Made by a program: the position numbers and the translations under genes | Source: an uncultured Phycisphaerales bacterium | GTDB lineage: Bacteria; Planctomycetota; Phycisphaerae; Sedimentisphaerales; Anaerobacaceae | NCBI GenBank assembly: GCA_963718665.1 | Contig: OY970359.1 | Coordinates: forward strand, 832,001-896,000 | Direction: 5' to 3' | DNA: 64,000 bases | Notes under the pieces: model-generated | What the model was told of the DNA's origin: nothing | What the model saw: the letters and a program-made list of their open reading frames with translations, nothing else | Databases searched by the model: none | Shown here: piece after piece, positions 36,730 through 46,499 of the stretch | How the letters are laid out: every line of letters starts with the position of its first letter | How positions within the stretch are numbered: position 1 is the stretch's first letter

Positions 36730-38038
36730 ATGAAAGTAATAAAACGCAATGTCACCCGCTTCCTTAGAAAATACCGGATGGATTACCTCGATGTCGATAT
36801 CGACCAGGTGACTGACTCGTTTCTGTCCGAGATGCAGCGGGGACTGGCGGGCAAGAAAAGCACGCTCGATATGATTCCCACGTATATCGAAGTCGGGGCT
36901 GATGTCCCCACGAACAAACGCGTAATCGTCGTTGACGCGGGCGGCACAAATTTCCGGGTCGCAACCGTTTATTTCGACGACCAGAAAAAAGCAGTTATCG
37001 AGAACCTGCGCCTATATAAAATGCCAGGCGTCCAGCACGAAATCGGCAAAGACGAATTCTTCAAGATTATGGCGGGCTATCTCAAAGATGTCGCCGGCGC
37101 AGCACAAAATATCGGTTTCTGCTTTTCGTATGCCGTCGAAATGTCCCCCAACAAAGACGGCCAGCTGATACGATTCTCAAAAGAAATAAAAGCCAAAGAC
37201 ATCGTCGGTCAATTCATCGGCGAAAACCTAAACCGCACCATTGTGTCTATGGGGCTTGGCAGCGAAAAACATATTGTCCTGCTCAACGACACCGTCGTTA
37301 CCCTCCTCGCGGGCGTCGGCTGCCAGAACCGCTCCTTTGGCTCATACATCGGCTTCATCCTCGGCACAGGCACCAATACCTGCTACGTCGAAAAAAACAG
37401 CAACATCAAAAAGACAAGGAATCTTGACCTTTTGAAAAGCCAGATTATCAATACCGAATCAGGCAACTTCGGCAAAATCAAACAGGGTAAAATCGACGCC
37501 GCCTTCGACAAATCAACCGTTAATCCCGCTGTCCACAAATTCGAGAAGATGATTTCCGGCGACATACCTCGGCCCCCTGTATCTGGCCACCATTCACAAG
37601 GCCTGCGATGATAACCTGTTCTCAACAGGCGTCGCAAACGCACTTTGGCAAATCTCCGAACTCGACACAAAAGCTCTGAATGCCTTTTTACTCTATCCCT
37701 ATGGACAAAACCTTCTCGTCGACGCCGCAAAACAGGGCAACGCCGACGATTGCCTTACCTTATATTATATAGCCGACCGATTAACCGAACGCGCCGCCAA
37801 ACTCACCGCCATCAACCTCTCCGCTATGGCAATCAAATCCGGCTCTGGAACCGACCCTTCACGCCCAATCTGCATCGTCGCCGAAGGTACAACCTTTTAC
37901 CAGATGAAAGGCTTGAAAAATCGCGTCGAGTTTTATCTCAAGCAATATCTCGAAAACAAACTTGGCATTCACTACGAGATTATCAGCGTCGATAACGCAA
38001 CCCTCATCGGCGCGGCAATTGCAGGTTTAACGAATTGA
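36730..38038 (+). CDS. hexokinase-family (eukaryote-type) sugar kinase; one extra base at ~37561
   Basis: LDMIPTYI, VDAGGTNFR, GFCFSY, LLNDTV, ILGTGTN, INTESGNF, FEKMISG/YLG, continues to ERAAKL...AEGT...LIGAAIA. Confidence 0.88.
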
Positions 38039-38157
38039 TATCCCCTTGAAGGGCTATCCACATTTTTGCCTTTTCACTTTCCCCCTTGCTTTCCCCGCTT
38101 ATACTTATAATAATAAGGAGCAGGAGAACTTAAATCTTCAGTGTAAGGACAAATGCT

Positions 38158-38685
38158 ATGACTGGCAAAGAATTCGTCAAACGGATGGCAAACGGAAAAT
38201 CCGATATTATCCAGGTTTTTCTGGACATCCTTTCCAAAACTGGCTCGCGGTATTGCCTGATTGGTGGACTTGCCGTAAACGCTTATGTCGAGCCGGTCGT
38301 AAGTTTGGATATGGATGTCGTCGCGGCCAATGAAGATGTCAATGCCATTTGCAAGGCAGCCAAAGAACAAGGACTCAAAATCGAGCAATTCGAGCATAGC
38401 GTCAATCTCACCAGCGCCAATTCCGACCTGCGGATTCAACTTCAGTCAGACCCGCGTTACCAAAAGTTTGTTTCAAATGCCGATGGCAGAAACGTGCTGG
38501 GCTATACGATGAGGGTCGCACGAATCGAAGACGTGCTACAGGGCAAGGTCTGGGCATATTCGGATAAAACCCGGCGCAAAAGCAAACGCCAAAAGGACTT
38601 GGCCGATATTTTTCGTATCGTCGAAAAATTCCCCCAGCTCGAAGCATCCCTGCCGCAAACCATCCGGGAAGAACTAAACAAATAA
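38158..38685 (+). CDS. Pol-beta superfamily nucleotidyltransferase (AbiEii-like)
   Basis: LIGGLAVNAY...SLDMDVV motif, C-terminal K..R.K..KDLADI. Confidence 0.72.
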   Translation: MTGKEFVKRMANGKSDIIQVFLDILSKTGSRYCLIGGLAVNAYVEPVVSLDMDVVAANEDVNAICKAAKEQGLKIEQFEHSVNLTSANSDLRIQLQSDPRYQKFVSNADGRNVLGYTMRVARIEDVLQGKVWAYSDKTRRKSKRQKDLADIFRIVEKFPQLEASLPQTIREELNK

Positions 38686-38710
38686 ACAGCAAAGGACAGG
38701 AGGAAACTCA

Positions 38711-39427
38711 ATGATTGAAGCAGTAGTTTTTGACATTGGCGGCGTACTTGCTCACGACGTTTGGGAAAACCTTCTCCCCCATATTGCCGACAAAGAAGAG
38801 TTAAACAAAGAACAAGTGAAAAGTATCGGGGCCCTACTCTGGGAAGCATTTGCCTACAGACCCGAAACAATACTGAACTCTTGGCGAGATCTCGAGAACC
38901 AATACTGGAGTCTGTTCGTTAAATCACTGTGGGGTAAGTCCATAAAAAAAGAAGAGGTAAAAGAAAAAGTAGAGAAATTCATTAAACTCACAGATGATTT
39001 CATCAAAGACGTGGATGCAGAAAAGATGATGAAGCTTTTGACCGGTCTACAATCAAACGGTGTCAAATTAGCAATATGTTCTAACAACAACGAATTCTGG
39101 TACAGGTATCAGATGGACAAACTCAAACTATGTCGATACTTCAGTCCGTCCAAAGTTATTCTATCGTGCAAAATCGGCGTATCAAAGTCAAGCCCTCATT
39201 TCGAAATGTTCCATGCAGTCGTAGATGCGCTTCAACTTACGCCAAACAAGTGTTTGTTTGTGGACGACCGAGTTGACAATGTAAACCGTGCAGAGGAGTG
39301 CGGAATGCAGGGGATCCTTTTTTCCGAGAATCCCAAAGAAATTGAGAAGATTAAGAAAAAGGAGAAGGTCGTAAAAAATGTAGAAGAACTCAAATGTTTC
39401 CTGAAAGAGAAAAAACTAGTCGATTAA
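38711..39427 (+). CDS. HAD-superfamily phosphatase (YihX-like)
   Basis: VVFDIGGVL, CSNN, KS, FVDDRVDNV. Confidence 0.88.
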   Translation: MIEAVVFDIGGVLAHDVWENLLPHIADKEELNKEQVKSIGALLWEAFAYRPETILNSWRDLENQYWSLFVKSLWGKSIKKEEVKEKVEKFIKLTDDFIKDVDAEKMMKLLTGLQSNGVKLAICSNNNEFWYRYQMDKLKLCRYFSPSKVILSCKIGVSKSSPHFEMFHAVVDALQLTPNKCLFVDDRVDNVNRAEECGMQGILFSENPKEIEKIKKKEKVVKNVEELKCFLKEKKLVD

Positions 39428-39453
39428 ATAATCCTTAAAAATAGGCCAAAGGA

Positions 39454-39579
39454 TTACCCCTTTTCTTCTTCTTTCAGCATCTCGTTCACCGCCCCGGAGC
39501 AGAAGCCCTGTAAATCAATCGTGATGTATTTGAAGCCGAGGGATTTCAATCTTTGTATTGCCTGAAGGCGAAGGATCAT
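39454..39579 (-). pseudogene. 41-codon fragment resembling the C-terminus of LarE (TIGR00268-type)
   Basis: [44 protein letters not shown] overlaps ribBA stop. Confidence 0.6.
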
Positions 39580-40817
39580 AAATCGTTGTCTAAGATGTGG
39601 CCGAAGCGATATTTCTTGGTGCGCAAATAGTCGATATTGTGGGGCGTTGGGGTTGCCTGAAGAGGAATCTGCTCGACGATTTTTATGCCGTAAACTTCGA
39701 GCCGATTGATTTTCTTCGGATTGTTGGTGAGTATTTTAATCTGCTTGAGGCCCAGGTCGCGAAGAATCTGTGCGCCTATGCCGTAATCGCGTTTGTCTGG
39801 CGAAAAGCCAAGCTCGATATTCGCATCAACAGTATCAAAGCCCTGCTCCTGTAACTTATACGCGTGAAGTTTATTTGTCAGGCCTATCCCCCTGCCCTCC
39901 TGCCTGAGATAAACAAGTGCGCCTTTACCTGCCTTTTCAATCAACTGCAATGCGGCTTCCAACTGCCTGCCGCATTCGCACCGCTGCGAGCGGAACAAAT
40001 CCCCCGTCATACATTCCGAGTGTACCCGGACAAGAACCGGCTCATCATGCTGAATTGGTTTGCCCGATTCATCCAGCTCGCCTACCCCGCCCTTACAAAT
40101 CGCAAGATGCGGCTCAGGCGATGAAAGCGATTCGTAAGCGATGAGTTTGAAATCACCAAAATCAGTCGGCAAATGAACCGCCTCGACTCGCTTTACCTGC
40201 GTCTCTCGTTGCAGCCGATACTCAACCAGCTTGGCAATCGAGGTAATTTTCAGATTATGCTTTTTGCAAAATTCAAGCAGTTCCGGCACGCGGGCCATCG
40301 ACCCGTCGTCGTTCATAATCTCGCAAATCACCGCCGCCGGCTTCATCCCCCCCAGATGCATCAGGTCAATCGCCCCTTCGGTCTGCCCCGCGCGAACCAG
40401 CACACCGCCCTCACGTGCCCGAAGCGGAAAAATATGCCCCGGTCGGGCAAAATCTGCGGGCCTCGTTTTATCGGCAATCGCCATCTGCACTGTGTGCGCC
40501 CTGTCCGCCGCGCTAATACCAGTGGTAACACCTTCAGCCGCATCGATACTGACGGTGAAAGCGGTATGCAGCCGAGCGGTGTTATCCTGGACCTGCGGAT
40601 GAAGCCCGAGGGCGTCGCATTTCTCGCCCGTCAAAGGCAGGCATATCAGCCCCCGCCCGAATTTCGCCATAAAATTGATAATCTGAGGCGTAACCTTTTC
40701 CGCCGCACAGACAAGGTCTCCCTCGTTCTCGCGGTCCTCATCATCAACAAGGATAATCATTTTGCCCGCGCGAAGCTCGTCAAGCACTTCCGGTATCTGG
40801 CTAAAATTTACTGACAT
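39576..40817 (-). CDS. ribBA: bifunctional DHBP synthase / GTP cyclohydrolase II
   Basis: [52 protein letters not shown]. Confidence 0.96.
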   Translation of the reverse strand: MSVNFSQIPEVLDELRAGKMIILVDDEDRENEGDLVCAAEKVTPQIINFMAKFGRGLICLPLTGEKCDALGLHPQVQDNTARLHTAFTVSIDAAEGVTTGISAADRAHTVQMAIADKTRPADFARPGHIFPLRAREGGVLVRAGQTEGAIDLMHLGGMKPAAVICEIMNDDGSMARVPELLEFCKKHNLKITSIAKLVEYRLQRETQVKRVEAVHLPTDFGDFKLIAYESLSSPEPHLAICKGGVGELDESGKPIQHDEPVLVRVHSECMTGDLFRSQRCECGRQLEAALQLIEKAGKGALVYLRQEGRGIGLTNKLHAYKLQEQGFDTVDANIELGFSPDKRDYGIGAQILRDLGLKQIKILTNNPKKINRLEVYGIKIVEQIPLQATPTPHNIDYLRTKKYRFGHILDNDL

Positions 40818-40874
40818 ATAATAAGGATTAACAGGAATAGAGCATTTGGTCAAGGGTTGGCTGCGTTTCGCCGA

Positions 40875-42293
40875 TTAGCGGGACAGGTATTTGTGAATGT
40901 TTTGGGCGGCTTTTTTGCCGTCGCCCATCGCCAAAATTACCGTCGCCGAGCCGCGGACAATATCTCCGCCCGCGAATACACCGGGGATACTGGTCATAAG
41001 ATTTTCATTGGTCTCTATATAGCCCCACTTGTTGAGTTTCAGGCCCGGTGTCGTCTTGGTCAGCAGCGGATTTGCGCCAATACCTATCGCTACAATCACG
41101 AGGTCACAATCGATTACGAATTCCGAGCCGGGAATCGGCACAGGCCGCCGTCTGCCCGAAGCATCCGGCTCGCCCAACTGCATCCTGATACATTTTAGCC
41201 CTGCAACCCAGCCGTCTTTATCGCCGAGGACTTCCAGCGGCGCAGTCAACATCTCGAACCTGATTACCTCCTCTTCCGCATGATGCACTTCCTCGACGCG
41301 GGCGGGCATCTCTTTTCTGCCGCGACGATAAACAATTATGCTTTCGTCCGCCCCCAGTCGTTTGCTCGTCCGCACCGCGTCCATAGCGGTATTGCCGCCC
41401 CCGATAACGCAAACGCGTCTGCCCCGTATAATCGGCGTATCCGATTCAGGGTTGTATGCCTCCATAAGATTGGCACGCGTGAGATATTCGTTGGCGGAAT
41501 AAACACCTTTGAAGTTCTCGCCCGGTATATTCATAAACTCAGGCAGCCCCGCGCCGACTGCGATAAATACCGCTTCGAATTTCTCATCATTCATAAGCTG
41601 CGGTATCGTTACCGTCCTGCCCACGATAACGTTTGTCTCGATATTTACGCCCATCGCCTTGAGATTGCGAATCTCGGCATCGACGATTTTCTTGGGCATA
41701 CGAAATTCCGGTATTCCATAAACAAGCACACCGCCCGCCTTGTGAAACGCCTCGAAAATGGTTACATCGTAACCGAGTTTGGCTAACTGGCCCGCGCAGG
41801 TAATCCCCGCCGGCCCTGAACCGATGCACGCGACCTTTTTACCTGTCTTCTTAACAGCCGTCGGCTTGGTTTTCGATGAGTGCTGCATCTGGTAATCAGC
41901 GACGAATCGTTCGAGCCAGCCGATTGCAACTGGCGCTTCGCTTTTGCAGCGCACGCATAACGCCTCGCACTGAATCTCCTGCGGGCACACCCGTCCCGTT
42001 ACCGCGGGCAGGTCGTTATCCCTGCGAACCAGTTCCGCCGCCGCGAGAAAATCACCTTCCGCGACGAGCTTGGCAAAACCGGGTATGTCGATACCAACGG
42101 GACAGCCCTCGACGCACTTCGGATTTTTGCACTGAAGGCATCGCTGCGCCTCGCGGATTGCGACCTGCTCACCAAGACCCAGGTTGACCTCCTTGAAGTC
42201 CCTGCTTCGCTCAATGCCATCACGCTGCGGCATCTGCTGTCGCGGTATCGCCATCCGTTCTTTTGCCGTCATTTTTTTTGACTCGTTACTCAT
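40875..42293 (-). CDS. NfnB/SudA-like flavoprotein (glutamate synthase small-subunit homolog)
   Basis: RCLQC..P.CVEGCP, GRVCPQEIQCE, GSGPAG, GGGNTAMD, FAGGD; paired with NfnA-like gene. Confidence 0.92.
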   Translation of the reverse strand: MSNESKKMTAKERMAIPRQQMPQRDGIERSRDFKEVNLGLGEQVAIREAQRCLQCKNPKCVEGCPVGIDIPGFAKLVAEGDFLAAAELVRRDNDLPAVTGRVCPQEIQCEALCVRCKSEAPVAIGWLERFVADYQMQHSSKTKPTAVKKTGKKVACIGSGPAGITCAGQLAKLGYDVTIFEAFHKAGGVLVYGIPEFRMPKKIVDAEIRNLKAMGVNIETNVIVGRTVTIPQLMNDEKFEAVFIAVGAGLPEFMNIPGENFKGVYSANEYLTRANLMEAYNPESDTPIIRGRRVCVIGGGNTAMDAVRTSKRLGADESIIVYRRGRKEMPARVEEVHHAEEEVIRFEMLTAPLEVLGDKDGWVAGLKCIRMQLGEPDASGRRRPVPIPGSEFVIDCDLVIVAIGIGANPLLTKTTPGLKLNKWGYIETNENLMTSIPGVFAGGDIVRGSATVILAMGDGKKAAQNIHKYLSR

Positions 42294-42308
42294 TCTTGTT
42301 CTATATCA

Positions 42309-42348
42309 CCCTGATTCCCTGATACCCTGATAACCTGATTTTCTGATA
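42309..42348. repeat. 5x degenerate 8-mer CCCTGATA
   Basis: ccctgatt ccctgata ccctgata acctgatt ttctgata; related array at 55053-55084. Confidence 0.8.
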
Positions 42349-42360
42349 CCCTTTTTCTTT

Positions 42361-43224
42361 TTACTTTTTCTCTGTGTTCTCAGCGTGCTCGGCGGTAAGT
42401 TTACATCTATGCTCTTCGTATTTTTTGTTTTCGTGGCCCTTATAGGTCTTCAGCCGGTCCATCAGCTCATTGAAATCAACCTTGTGCCCGTCGAACTCAG
42501 GGCCATCCACGCAGGCAAATTTCCGTTTGCCATCAATAGTAACCCGGCAGCCCCCGCACATCCCCGTCCCGTCAACCATAACAGGATTCAAACTTACGAT
42601 AGTCGGGATATTCATTGGCCGGGTCAGCTCCGCCACCGCTTTCATCATTATTACAGGTCCCGCGCAATAAACTGCATCGACTTTGGTCTGGGGATTTTCG
42701 GTAAGTTCCCGCAGGGCATCGGTTACAAGTCCCTTTTTACCCGACGAGCCATCGTCGGTTATGACAATCAACTGGTCGCTTGTCGAACCAAGTAACTGTT
42801 CGAGAATAACTAATTCTTTGGTGCGTGCGCCGATAATGCTGACTATCTTGTTCCCCGCCTGACGCAGCGCGACCGCCTGCGGATACACAACCGCCGTTCC
42901 CAGCCCGCCGCCGATTACCACCACCGTTCCGTATTTGGCGATATGACTTGGCTGTCCCAAAGGCCCCGCAACATCCGCGAAGTATCCGCCCTTTTGCAGC
43001 ATCGTCATCTCAAGCGTGCTTTTGCCGACCGTCTGCACAATCAGCGTGATAGTTCCGGTCCTGGTATTAACGTCTGCTATCGTCAGAGGTATGCGTTCCG
43101 AATGTTCAGTTGCCCGGACGATTACAAACTGCCCGCACAGCCGCGATTTGACGATTCGCGGCGCCTTTATCTCATACCGCGTAACATTCGGCCCAAGCGT
43201 CTGTTTGTCCACAATTTCAAACAT
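42361..43224 (-). CDS. NfnA/SudB-like FAD/NAD-binding [2Fe-2S] subunit
   Basis: GQFVIVR..ERIPLTI, GPLG, GGGLG, MVDGTGMCGGCRV, CVDGPEFDGH. Confidence 0.92.
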   Translation of the reverse strand: MFEIVDKQTLGPNVTRYEIKAPRIVKSRLCGQFVIVRATEHSERIPLTIADVNTRTGTITLIVQTVGKSTLEMTMLQKGGYFADVAGPLGQPSHIAKYGTVVVIGGGLGTAVVYPQAVALRQAGNKIVSIIGARTKELVILEQLLGSTSDQLIVITDDGSSGKKGLVTDALRELTENPQTKVDAVYCAGPVIMMKAVAELTRPMNIPTIVSLNPVMVDGTGMCGGCRVTIDGKRKFACVDGPEFDGHKVDFNELMDRLKTYKGHENKKYEEHRCKLTAEHAENTEKK

Positions 43225-43478
43225 CTATTTGGCAACTCCTGCCATAATAACGAATAAAAACCAACAGGAAACAAAGGATTATACCCTTCCCCTTTGCTTA
43301 AAAGAAATTAAAAATGAGGGTCAAACCCATTAGAGGTTCTTATATTATACGCCTGAGAAGATGAGGGAGGTTAAGCAATGCGGGTTCCCCCAACGCATAA
43401 GCGAATTTTTACTGCAATTTGGGCAGGCAAGCCGACAATAGAGAAGGAATACCCTGTTTTTTAAGGAAGCGGTCTGCG

Positions 43479-44663
43479 ATGGCTGAAATGGCAACAACAC
43501 TGGTCGAACTTGATTATAAAGAGAACCTGGGCTGGCGAATAGGCATGGTTGTCATTATCCTTATGGCAATAGGCACGGTATTTGTCTTTTCCGCGGGCGT
43601 CGAGGTCTCCAAAGGCGTCAACCTGTCGCATTTCTATCAATCCGCCAACCTGCGAAAAGTCCTGTTTTTCCCCTTAGCCGTCGCGGTAATGCTGCTCGTA
43701 TCGCGTATCGATTACCGGCGATTCAATCTCGATAAGGGCCTGTGGCGTTCACCCATTACCTACCTGTTCGGCATCAGCGTAATTCTGCTGGTGTTAGTGC
43801 TCATCCCCCATATCGGCTCGCAAATCAACCAGGCCAGACGCTGGCTAAGAATCCCCCTTGGCCCCGCAACAATCAGTTTTCAGCCCTCGGAACTGGCAAA
43901 ATGGACGGTAATTTTCTCGCTCTCTGCCTTTTGCGTCAAATACGGCAACCTGCTCGCGTTCTTCAAACGAGGCCTTTTGCCCGTTTGTATCGTACTGGGC
44001 CTGGTAGTAGGACTCATCATCATCGAGGACTTCGGCTCAGCAGCCCTGATTGCAATGCTCGCCTTTTTCATATTATTGATAGGCGGAGCTAACTGGCGAT
44101 ACCTTGTCGCCCCGCTGCCTGTCGCCGCGATTGGTTTTGCCGCCGCGATACTCGCCTCGCCCACCCGAAGAATGCGAATCTTCGCCTTTTTGCACCCCGA
44201 CCAGTTGACCGGCTCATCAAACTACCAGGCGAGCCAGTCGCTCATCGCCATCGGCTCAGGCGGGTTCTTCGGCAAAGGCCTCGGTATGGGCGTTTGCAAA
44301 TACGGCCATCTCCCCGAAGACACATCTGACTTTATTTTCTCAATTATCGCCGAAGAAATGGGACTGGTCGGCACCTTAACAGTCATCGCGCTTTTCATCA
44401 TACTTATCGTTTTGGGAGTTATGGTAATAAATCGCTGCAAAGAACCCTTTGGCAAGCTGCTCGCGACAAGCATTGTTCTGGCTATCGGCTTTCAGGCCGC
44501 ACTTAATATCGGCGTCGTTACCGTCGTCCTGCCCACAAAAGGCCTCCCCCTGCCCTTCGTCAGCGCGGGCGGAACAAGCATGCTTCTCTCCGCAGCCGCC
44601 GTCGGCGTCCTTTTGAATATCGCATCACAATGTGAAAAAACACAGCTCAGGAAGGACACGTGA
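43479..44663 (+). CDS. ftsW: SEDS-family peptidoglycan glycosyltransferase FtsW
   Basis: NQARRWL, FQPSELAK, YQASQSLIAIGSGG..GKG, LPEDTSDFIF, PTKGLPLPFVSAGGTS; directly upstream of murG. Confidence 0.9.
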   Translation: MAEMATTLVELDYKENLGWRIGMVVIILMAIGTVFVFSAGVEVSKGVNLSHFYQSANLRKVLFFPLAVAVMLLVSRIDYRRFNLDKGLWRSPITYLFGISVILLVLVLIPHIGSQINQARRWLRIPLGPATISFQPSELAKWTVIFSLSAFCVKYGNLLAFFKRGLLPVCIVLGLVVGLIIIEDFGSAALIAMLAFFILLIGGANWRYLVAPLPVAAIGFAAAILASPTRRMRIFAFLHPDQLTGSSNYQASQSLIAIGSGGFFGKGLGMGVCKYGHLPEDTSDFIFSIIAEEMGLVGTLTVIALFIILIVLGVMVINRCKEPFGKLLATSIVLAIGFQAALNIGVVTVVLPTKGLPLPFVSAGGTSMLLSAAAVGVLLNIASQCEKTQLRKDT

Positions 44664-45769
44664 TGGCAGGCAAAAGCGTCTTCTTCGCAGGCGGAGGAAC
44701 AGGCGGGCATATCTACCCGGCGGTGGCAGTAGCGGAGAAAATTGCCGAACTTGACACAACCGCGAAAATCCATTTCTTCATCAGCAACAGGGATATAGAT
44801 AAACACGTTCTGTCAAAAACCGCCTTCGAATATACCGCCCTGCCCGCCGTAGGCCTTTCAATCAGGCCGGACAGGTTTTTAAATTTCTGCAAAATGTTCT
44901 TGGCAAGTCAAAAAATCGCAGCCGAAACGATAACCAAAAGCGAAAACCCGGTCGTCGTAGGCGCAGGCGGCTTCGTCGCCGCGCCTGTCTGCCGCGCCGC
45001 TTACAAATCGAAAATCCCACTCTTTCTGCTCAACGTCGATATCATCCCCGGCAAAGCCAACAAACTCATCGGGCGATGGGCGCAACGCATCTTTGTCCAG
45101 TTCGAGGAAACCGCCGAATACTTCGGAAAACAAAAAACAAAAGTAACCGTCGCCGGCTGCCCCCTGCGAAGCAGCTTCGACAACCCGAATCCGCAAAAGG
45201 CAAAAGACGCCCTCGGTCTCGACTACAACAAAAAAATCCTCCTAATAACAGGCGCCTCAACCGGCTCGCAGAACATTAACAGAACAATTTGCTCGCTGCT
45301 GGAAAAATTATCGAATTATGCCGACAACTGGCAAATAGTGCATTTAACAGGCAGGGCAAACTTCGACCAAGTCAGCGCCAGCTACGCCAATGCCCCCATA
45401 AGAAACAAAGTCGTCGATTACTATGACGATATGCCGAACCTGCTCGCCGCCGCAGATATTGTAATAGGCAGAAGCGGCGCAGTCAGCGTCGCCGAATACG
45501 CCTCCGCGGCAACGCCGAGTATTTGTATGCCATATCCCTATCATAACGACCTGCACCAGTACCTCAATGCCGGAAAACTCGTCGAAGCTGGAGCCGCCGT
45601 TATCGTCGATGACGTCGGCGACGACAAAGACAGGTGCGAGTGGCTCTGGGAGGAGCTTGAGCCGCTGCTGAAAGACGAAACTGCACGCCGGCAGATGAAA
45701 GACGCCTGCAAAACCGTCGCCCGAAAAAACGCCGCTAAAATAATTGCCGAAGCGGTTCTTGGCAGATAA
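44663..45769 (+). CDS. murG: lipid II N-acetylglucosaminyltransferase MurG
   Basis: GGGTGGHIYPA, GAGGFVAAP, GCPLR, RSGAVSVAE, HQYLNA. Confidence 0.93.
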   Translation: MAGKSVFFAGGGTGGHIYPAVAVAEKIAELDTTAKIHFFISNRDIDKHVLSKTAFEYTALPAVGLSIRPDRFLNFCKMFLASQKIAAETITKSENPVVVGAGGFVAAPVCRAAYKSKIPLFLLNVDIIPGKANKLIGRWAQRIFVQFEETAEYFGKQKTKVTVAGCPLRSSFDNPNPQKAKDALGLDYNKKILLITGASTGSQNINRTICSLLEKLSNYADNWQIVHLTGRANFDQVSASYANAPIRNKVVDYYDDMPNLLAAADIVIGRSGAVSVAEYASAATPSICMPYPYHNDLHQYLNAGKLVEAGAAVIVDDVGDDKDRCEWLWEELEPLLKDETARRQMKDACKTVARKNAAKIIAEAVLGR

Positions 45770-45803
45770 TATTTAATTTAACAAGAAATATAACGGCATA
45801 AAA

Positions 45804-46301
45804 ATGAAACTGGGAAAAATAATAATCCTGGTCGCGGGCTTCATTTTCGCCTTTCTGGTGTCCTGGCTTTTCCTGTTTATCTGGGGGCACAACCCCACCA
45901 TCGTCGCCCTGTCGCCTTACGATGTTAATGTTCCCGGTAAACCGCTAATTTCCGCCAAAGTGTACTCGCTCAAAAAGAGTGAATATCTGCTCGTCCTTAC
46001 CGACGCCGAATCTGGTCGCCGCGAAGGATACTGGTTCTGCCCCGCCAAGGGCCGCATAGGAGTTCCGTCTTTCCCAACTTACCTGCCATTGGGTAACCGC
46101 GCCGTTATCAGCAAAACCACCCTCGACGGCTTTACTTACCTCAGCGAATACACCGCCGACTGGGAAATAAAAAATAACAATATAACCTTCACCATCAAAG
46201 GCCCCTCAGAGGCAATCCGCGTCGCCAGGGAGCTCTCAACCGAAGACCTGAAACGCGGAATTTCCTATGGCGCTAAGATTATTATGAGAACCAGGGAGTA
46301 A
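45804..46301 (+). CDS. hypothetical protein with N-terminal membrane anchor
   Basis: 165-aa ORF, hydrophobic N-terminus, no recognised motif. Confidence 0.6.
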   Translation: MKLGKIIILVAGFIFAFLVSWLFLFIWGHNPTIVALSPYDVNVPGKPLISAKVYSLKKSEYLLVLTDAESGRREGYWFCPAKGRIGVPSFPTYLPLGNRAVISKTTLDGFTYLSEYTADWEIKNNNITFTIKGPSEAIRVARELSTEDLKRGISYGAKIIMRTRE

Positions 46302-46382
46302 AAATAAATTCAACTTTCCTTTTACGGACGATATCGATGCGATGTGGCCTATGCTCCAACGCCGGGCAATAAACTTTTGATG

Positions 46383-46410
46383 TTGACAATATATGGTCGA
46401 TGATTAGGAT
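46383..46410 (+). promoter_or_regulatory. possible sigma70 promoter
   Basis: TTGACA-16 nt-TAGGAT upstream of PIN/TRAM gene. Confidence 0.45.
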
Positions 46411-46499
46411 GGTGCCGCCGGCGAAAAACGTCCGACGAACATAAAGCTAACAGCAATTTCTAATATAAAAATATATTATAAACTTTGGAGGTTACTGGT

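Noticed and set aside
40875..42293. Glutamate synthase small subunit gltD
   Set aside because: No gltB nearby; pairing with the NfnA/SudB-like gene indicates an NfnAB-type transhydrogenase, which is well described
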